A DNA stretch of 53,618 nucleotides from Amoeboaphelidium occidentale (taxonomy: Eukaryota), in assembly GCA_023515795.1 (NCBI GenBank), contig JALGPX010000088.1:1-53618 (forward strand). The letters are read 5' to 3'. Below are positions 47,281 to 53,618 of the stretch, in pieces (position 1 is the stretch's first letter; the number at the start of each line of letters is the position of its first letter). Under the pieces are notes generated by a model. The model saw only the letters and a list, made by a program, of their open reading frames with translations, searched no databases and was not told the origin of the DNA. The position numbers and the translations under genes are program-made.

Positions 47281-47661
47281 TCAAAGATCTTGTCCCTGCT
47301 GGTGTTTGAACATCAGTTGTTCAACTAGAATTGTGTTGTTGGCTTCTGATACAGACTTGGAAACAATATCATGATTTGCATTCTGCTGAGACATCCTAAA
47401 TACTTCTTCATTATCTTCATTCTTAATAAATACAACACTTTCATTACTCTGTCTTTCAGCTCTGGTTAGTTCCTGATCTCTTTTAGATGCAGCTGATGCA
47501 ATTGCCAAACTCTTATGGTTGCTTATGAAAGAAATTATTGGAGTAGGTGGTGGAGCTCTTGTCTCTAAAATGCTAACCGATTTATAGCTCTCTGGTAGCT
47601 GCCTTTCGGTTGATGATGGCTTAATGGTATTTAAAGCTTGAATCAATATTTCTCCTTCCAT
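47281..47661 (-). CDS. Hypothetical protein
   Basis: 126-aa ORF from ATG 47661 filling an otherwise large gap. No recognised motif. Confidence 0.45.
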   Translation of the reverse strand: MEGEILIQALNTIKPSSTERQLPESYKSVSILETRAPPPTPIISFISNHKSLAIASAASKRDQELTRAERQSNESVVFIKNEDNEEVFRMSQQNANHDIVSKSVSEANNTILVEQLMFKHQQGQDL

Positions 47662-47896
47662 GGTCAGCCTCAAAACAACGTTGTCACATCGATTTTCACG
47701 ACGCTGATCACGCCAATTGTTTCAAAATTGTTTTCTTTCCAGGTTTGGATACACCGCTTGATCATTGACTGTTGGGTTATCAGGATAGGTTTCTTAGGAT
47801 GATACTACCCTATCATTGGTTCAATCAGTCAGATCAGGATTACTGATCTTACTTTAGATCGTTACCCATATCAAATCTTTACTTTGAAATTTCATA

Positions 47897-49105
47897 ATGA
47901 TCAGACCAAGAGCTACTTCATCAAGACCTTTTAGTGTTAAGTGTCAGGTTTGTGGTTTGTACGTGGTATCATCCAAGTTGGCGCAGCATTCATCATCCCA
48001 CGTTACGGACTACGTTGTTTCAACGAGAAACAATAATCAAATCGGAAAGGCAGCCACAATGAGTTTACGTAGGAAACCAACATGGCAGTTTGGTCAGCTG
48101 AATATGGACAATGTAAGAAAGTATCAGGAAGCCGAGATGTTTCACATAAAGGCCAAACAGGAACGCGATGATCTTGAAAAGAGAGATGCTCCATTACTGA
48201 ATTCTCCCGCTTCTACGGATATCAGCGAAGAAGATTCAGATCTGTCTGAAGAATCTTTGATGAAGGACTCTGAAGTTTCTCTGGATGATGTTCCTCATGA
48301 GTTGGATGAATACGCAAGAACAGTTCAGCAGAGAAGGAAGAATTCTTTACCAAGTTATCGCATTCTGCAAGAATTAACTAAATCAAGAAGTTATGAGCCA
48401 CGTAGAGGTCCTGTAAAGAGATCAAAGTCCATTCCACATTCCACTGATGAGCTAGCAAAGATCAAATGGGCTTTAAGGAACAAAAGTGTTCAAGAGCACA
48501 AGGAATTTTTGAATGATATGCTAAGTGATCTTGATCAGTTAATGGTTGGAGTAACAAAACCTCGTCAGAGTACCGTTGCTTTAAGTGAGGCCAGAACTTT
48601 ACGCCGCAACGAAATTAGAAGGGAAAATAGCCAGAATGCAAATGATTTAAGTAAGCTATTGGTTTCAAGAAAATTAAGAAGAACTCACAAAGTTTATGAT
48701 TTAAAGGCTGCTGCTAATACCACTCGGGACACGACTTTGGAAGAACCTGAATCGCCAGATGATACCTCAGTTATTATAGCTCCATATGTCACTCAAAGCA
48801 CTAATTCCAGTGTGGATATGGGGTCATTACCTAGTTCTAGTCAAGATGAAGTCGAAACAGTTGAAATATGTGAAGGTTGTGGTGAAGATATCGAAACACG
48901 GTATGAGAGATATCTTGAGGCGTCTGGCTATGCTTATCATCTTAATTGTTTTAAGTGTGAAGTATGCGGAGATAATCTCAGAGCTGATCAACCTTATTGG
49001 GCAGATAACGAATCGATTGATAGCAACGGCTCAATTGGAAAAGGAACAATCATGTGTCAAAGAGACTATAATTATCTGCTGCTTCGAAAGAAGAATATGA
49101 TTTAA
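47897..49105 (+). CDS. LIM-domain protein with an N-terminal C2H2-like finger
   Basis: CQVC-x11-H-x3-H near the N-terminus; C-terminal LIM domain CEGC...YHLNCFKCEVC...MCQRDY. Confidence 0.8.
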   Translation: MIRPRATSSRPFSVKCQVCGLYVVSSKLAQHSSSHVTDYVVSTRNNNQIGKAATMSLRRKPTWQFGQLNMDNVRKYQEAEMFHIKAKQERDDLEKRDAPLLNSPASTDISEEDSDLSEESLMKDSEVSLDDVPHELDEYARTVQQRRKNSLPSYRILQELTKSRSYEPRRGPVKRSKSIPHSTDELAKIKWALRNKSVQEHKEFLNDMLSDLDQLMVGVTKPRQSTVALSEARTLRRNEIRRENSQNANDLSKLLVSRKLRRTHKVYDLKAAANTTRDTTLEEPESPDDTSVIIAPYVTQSTNSSVDMGSLPSSSQDEVETVEICEGCGEDIETRYERYLEASGYAYHLNCFKCEVCGDNLRADQPYWADNESIDSNGSIGKGTIMCQRDYNYLLLRKKNMI

Positions 49106-49141
49106 TGATTGAATAAATCCAGCATTCGTTTGTACGTGAAC

Positions 49142-51907
49142 TTAGAATGCGAGAACAGGAAATGTAATCGCAAGCACAATGACAGCAACAACAACAATAG
49201 CCAAAGGAACAATAAAATTCCACGAGTACTTAACAGGTTGGACACCTACTTTTTTCTTGACCTTCAACTTCTTTGCTGCTAGCTTGGCATGATCAAGACC
49301 TGATTTTCTCTGAAGAACAACCGAATGAGCACATTCGCGAGGATTATGCCAATAGAACATCGTTTGAGATGCAGGGTCGAACAAAAATTCTCCATCACTA
49401 ACATCAATATCTAAATAGTGATAAGGGTCTTTCTTATCATTTTTATCCATATACTGAAATGCGGGAACATAAATCTCAGTTTGACGCTTCAAACTTGGAC
49501 CCGGCGGTATGCTATCTGAATTTGAAAGAGGTGGCGTAGTGAATTGAAGAATGTAAGTTCCAGTCTTAAAGTCAAACTCTGCACGCTGAACTTCACCAGC
49601 AACTTTTGCAGCATAAGGTCGAATTATCGCCTCCAATGCTCTTCCTCCAACAAACCACTTGGAAAAATCAATTGTATCTTCATCTTCCTCAATTGCCAAT
49701 GCTTTATGGCCAACTTCTCCATCCGCTATAGTTTTTGAGAATATTGAGAAATCCTCTCCATTCCAGTGATCTCCCACCATTACTTCATTCTTTGGATAAT
49801 AATTCCAAAGTGTGAAACCACAAACACCAGTGCTTTCTAAAGCTCTCAGCATCGCATCTAAAGCAAGATTGTGATATTCGTAATCACTGTCCGAGTAACC
49901 AATATGATCATTCATGTCCATAGGAATGCCGCACTCTCCAAAGATAATTGGAACACTCTTCATTCTAGGAGTAGAAATGTCTTGTGGCAAGTTGAATGAT
50001 GTGTAGCCAGCTCTAACAATCCTATGAATTTGCTTCTTGTAATTGTTTCGCATTCCCTCTGTTCCAATATATGTGTTTTTGAAAAAATTTCTTGAACCGT
50101 TCGATAATTCCTGAACGTCATGGCTGAACAGGCTGTTGAACTTTTTCGAAAACAGAAGACTGAGATCATACCAATGTGGAGCGTAAATCAAATCTCTTTG
50201 TAATCCAAGTTCTTCACAGTCACGAGACGTTGAAACTCTTGGAGGACTTTCATTTGGAATAGGCTCAACCAAAAATAAAAGGTTTCTGCGACCTCCAAAC
50301 GACGTTCGCACAGCGGATATGTATCTTTTTATAAAAGGAAGATAGAAATCCTTGTTAAACTCGACACTTGCACCAGTTTGAGGATTCTTTAGGAAATAAT
50401 CTGGTGTCAGTATACGTGGAACTGTCTTCCCATTCTCTTCTACCGTATCCCAAAGTCCGTGGGCTTTCCAAATACATCCATCATACTTCCAAACTTTAAT
50501 ACCCTCTTCATTAACAAGCTTTTTTCCAACCTTTCTTGTTGGCCATGGGAAAGATCTCTCATAAACATCGACAATCTGAGAATAACCTTCGCCCAAAGCC
50601 ATTCCTTGTAAAGCACTTGGAGCTAAGGATAAGTGCAACATTTTATCATAGTTGTATTTGTCAAAAGACTTCAAACCAACATATCCGTGATGCGGTTCGT
50701 TCATGACTTCAAAAGAGAGTACTGCATCTAAATGACTAATACGCCCAGCTAAGTATGCATAACACTGAATGTAATGTCTTTGTAAGTAATCTTGGACACT
50801 CTCTTCAGTAAGAGAACCATCCTGGTTGCGCGCTTTTGTTTTTGGTGCGAATACATTACCAGCAAAGAATAATGTGAACATTGTCTGACATGCAAGCTTT
50901 GTCAAATTAGTGGGCCAGAGCATCTGCTGAGATGTTGGATCTTCTTGATTCCATGAATGTATATGAGCTGCAGCAGTCTTTCTGAAAGTCTTGATGTCTA
51001 ATCCGACGGTATCAAATGTCCAACCAGGAGCTCCAGAACCTCCAGAAAATCTCGACCAGACATCTTGATGTGGATCTATAATAACTTTAAATCCGTGTTC
51101 ACCAGCTTTCGCAATGAGCTTGATCAAAAACTCGATATAATCTTCATCATAAATACCAGGACCTTCATGTTCCAATGCTTCCCACGGAACACCCAACCTA
51201 ATGAATGATAAACCCCAGATCTTCAATCTTGTGAAATGCTCATCACAAGAATCTAAAGAAATTGGTTCATCAACAAAGGAAACATTATTATGATCATAGA
51301 ACAGATCTGTGTCGGCTTGATCACATTTCATTGCCAAACCACGAGGAATCTTCGCACACATGTTCACACCTCTTAACCACAATGATCTACCAAATTGGTC
51401 AGAAAGTGTATTATTATCCGATATCTGAACAGCCAACTTCTCTAACGTGGGTCGCTTGTCTGCACCTGTCGGACTGTTTATGAGCTCATCGACTTCAACA
51501 CCCTTCAAACCTGTTGTAATCCTTCTGCCCAAAGACGGTACTGTATTAGGGGTTACCGGACTCTCTAATGATTTATATCCCGAGTGTTGACTTTTCATCG
51601 GGGAACTTGAACCTTCATCGTTATTATTAGCGGCAATACTTTTCACATGAATCCAATTAGCAGCTACAGATGATGGTCTGCTACTCTTAGCGTCATCCTT
51701 TCGAACGGAGCTACTAGAGAACGTGCTCATCTTACGTTTGCCTTCCTCCATCTCCACAACAACATCGCTTGAAAGTGCCATTCGACTGCTCGGTCTTGTG
51801 TCAGGATAGTTCTCCAACTGAGGCTCTTCCCTTTGTGTTAACTTTGTGATCTTATCATCCTGAGTCGTTAATTCTTTAGAGGGATTCCCTTCAACTGATG
51901 GACTCAT
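49142..51907 (-). CDS. GH5 endoglycoceramidase-related glucosidase (EGCrP/Egh1-like) with C-terminal TM anchor
   Basis: LRGVN, WEALEHEGPGIYD, IDPHQDVWSRFSGGSGAPGW, catalytic MNEPH and FGECG, and GDHWNGEDFSIFS. Confidence 0.9.
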   Translation of the reverse strand: MSPSVEGNPSKELTTQDDKITKLTQREEPQLENYPDTRPSSRMALSSDVVVEMEEGKRKMSTFSSSSVRKDDAKSSRPSSVAANWIHVKSIAANNNDEGSSSPMKSQHSGYKSLESPVTPNTVPSLGRRITTGLKGVEVDELINSPTGADKRPTLEKLAVQISDNNTLSDQFGRSLWLRGVNMCAKIPRGLAMKCDQADTDLFYDHNNVSFVDEPISLDSCDEHFTRLKIWGLSFIRLGVPWEALEHEGPGIYDEDYIEFLIKLIAKAGEHGFKVIIDPHQDVWSRFSGGSGAPGWTFDTVGLDIKTFRKTAAAHIHSWNQEDPTSQQMLWPTNLTKLACQTMFTLFFAGNVFAPKTKARNQDGSLTEESVQDYLQRHYIQCYAYLAGRISHLDAVLSFEVMNEPHHGYVGLKSFDKYNYDKMLHLSLAPSALQGMALGEGYSQIVDVYERSFPWPTRKVGKKLVNEEGIKVWKYDGCIWKAHGLWDTVEENGKTVPRILTPDYFLKNPQTGASVEFNKDFYLPFIKRYISAVRTSFGGRRNLLFLVEPIPNESPPRVSTSRDCEELGLQRDLIYAPHWYDLSLLFSKKFNSLFSHDVQELSNGSRNFFKNTYIGTEGMRNNYKKQIHRIVRAGYTSFNLPQDISTPRMKSVPIIFGECGIPMDMNDHIGYSDSDYEYHNLALDAMLRALESTGVCGFTLWNYYPKNEVMVGDHWNGEDFSIFSKTIADGEVGHKALAIEEDEDTIDFSKWFVGGRALEAIIRPYAAKVAGEVQRAEFDFKTGTYILQFTTPPLSNSDSIPPGPSLKRQTEIYVPAFQYMDKNDKKDPYHYLDIDVSDGEFLFDPASQTMFYWHNPRECAHSVVLQRKSGLDHAKLAAKKLKVKKKVGVQPVKYSWNFIVPLAIVVVAVIVLAITFPVLAF

Positions 51908-52967
51908 CGAATGCGTTTCAAACGGTTGCTTGTTGGAGAAGAGGCGTGCACACACAGGTTGCCGCAAGACGGATCAAGACAAGACAAGACAAGCTTTTTT
52001 CAACAATGAATGTTGCATATTGATATTACTAAAAAATCGCTCTTTTCCGTAATCTATCCCTCTGCTGAGATGTTCTACAGATCATCATTACTCTTTTGGG
52101 CTGCAGCTCTTTCTCCTTGAAACGTCTGACATGCTAGCATGTTTCTTTGGAGTGACTGTCTTCAGAACTGTTATTGTCACACTCTCACACTCTTATGCTT
52201 TCATGCTCTGTATAGTTTTACTATACGTACACTCTTTTACTTTTGTCACGCACTCATCTGTGCATCTTAGCATCATTTTGCAGAACTTAATCGATACTAA
52301 GAAAAAATTTACTATCAAGAAGGATAGCGAGTTACGTGCAAAAGACAAATACATGAAGGGTTGCTGAAGATCAGAATGAGAGTATCTCACATAGGTGATT
52401 CAGTGTCAGTTCTGTTGCCGCTGCTGAAACTTCTACATGGTCTTGATAGTTAGGATAATGTTGCACGCCTTTATTGTTTTCAGTAGTTCAGTGGATACTT
52501 CGATGTTACCACTGCAGATAGTGTCGAAAGACTCAAGATTAGATGAAATCGAATGGGTTCTCATTTAGAATGAATCTAAATTCAACAAGCTCCTGCGTAA
52601 GGCGCGCGAATAAACGATCGCTTTGCAATTCCTCGCTCCTCTGGTGATGCGGTCCGTGCGTTTGAAGACGTTGAAACAAGTCGACTCTTTGTATCAATGC
52701 GAGCAGTAGAAGACAGGTGTTTGAGAACGAGATTCCTTGCAAGGATACCTGATACACAGGGATGAATGGATATAGCTTAGCGCATGCATCGGTATAAGCA
52801 AGCTGCGTTCATGCTAACTGCAATTGTTTATTGCGTATCAAACCAGATGCTGTTTACTTCAGAAACTGCATGGAACGGCTCTGGTGCGGCTGATAAGAGG
52901 CAAGACTGCCTAGAAAGCGAGTACTCAATTACGCCCATAGCGATTGTAATAGAAAGGATTAATGCAT

Positions 52968-53591
52968 TCGGCTGAAACGTCTTCGTTTGATCAAAATTCG
53001 ATGGTGAAGTATTTTTTCTAACCGCAGTTATTATTTTTCCGCAAAATCAAGATTACTATTCATCAGCATTATCAACGGCAAGTAGGTGGATTGCTTGCTG
53101 GCGTATCCGAGGAATGCTTGCTGGTTAAGAATTTGATGGTTTTTGCTCTGTAGTCCTAACCGCGTTCTTCGATCATAGATTGTGAGAGATCGGTACTGCT
53201 GGGTATCAAGGATACCGAATGTTTGTTTGGCTTAAAAGATGACCCGGGTCATCGCAGGTTAACGCCAAAGTCAGTTGGANTCGGCTGAAACGTCTTCGTT
53301 TGATCAAAATTCGATCGTGGAGTATTTTTTCTAACCGCGGTTATTCTTCTTCTTAGAATCAAAATTACTATTCATCAGCATTATCAACGGCAAGTAGGTG
53401 GATTGCTTGCTAGCGTATCTGAGGAATGCTTGCTGGTTAAGAATTTGATGGTTTTTGCTCTGTAGTCCTAACCGCGTTCTTCGATCATAGATTGTGAGAG
53501 ATCGGTACTGCCGGGTATCAAGGATACCGAATGTTTGTTTGTCTTAAAAGATGATCCGGGTCATCGCAGGTTAACGCCAAAGTCAGTTGGA
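52968..53591. repeat. N-joined tandem duplicate of a ~311-nt non-coding segment (probably two alleles)
   Basis: 52968-53279 matches 53281-53591 across N53280, with scattered substitutions. Confidence 0.85.
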
Positions 53592-53618
53592 GGGTCAAAT
53601 TCTATTGGCTTACCAGAA

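Noticed and set aside
19170..47870. GATC-containing motif shortly upstream of several ATGs (SDH1, ACL, HSP78, GATA, LIM)
   Set aside because: A 4-mer seen in a minority of promoters is near chance expectation; it needs a genome-wide enrichment test.
2497..51483. Numerous 60-150 aa antisense or alternative-frame ORFs in the track
   Set aside because: They are shadow ORFs fully overlapping well-supported genes and carry no motifs.
1..53618. Alternative genetic code (TAA/TAG reassignment) or programmed frameshifts explaining broken ORFs
   Set aside because: Conserved genes end at TAA, TAG and TGA at expected positions, and every break is resolved by a short GT-AG intron or an assembly N.

Overview
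Extremely gene-dense eukaryotic DNA read with the standard genetic code, with about 35 protein-coding genes and tiny GT-AG introns (31-59 nt). The gene set (fused ATP-citrate lyase, MRP51, Dsn1/Mis13, NsdD-like GATA factor, probable Zwilch) points to an early-diverging fungus or close holomycotan relative; that placement is inference. Recognised housekeeping genes include SEC18, THR1, HAP3, FES1, SEA4/MIOS, SDH1, LSM5, EMC1, ACL, HSP78, pirin, an ABCD transporter, ALG3, cyclin B and a GH5 glycosylceramidase. Six N-joined tandem duplications look like both alleles written in tandem by the assembler. The most unusual signals are: (1) a ~7-8 kb AT-rich, CpG-free, microsatellite-expanded domain that overrides gene boundaries (candidate centromere or recombination-cold domain); (2) two bacterial-style ATGA stop/start overlaps, one feeding a free-standing C-terminal piece of splicing factor SF3A1/Prp21; (3) two head-to-head gene pairs with only 25 nt between start codons; (4) HGT-like genes: a plant TBL-type O-acetyltransferase, a bacterial PH-like protein, a Cys/His repeat protein, and a DUF3990/ART-like protein next to a 2H phosphoesterase; (5) a block-conserved 115-nt tandem element upstream of LSM5. 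All family assignments come from motif recognition by eye; no database searches were run.
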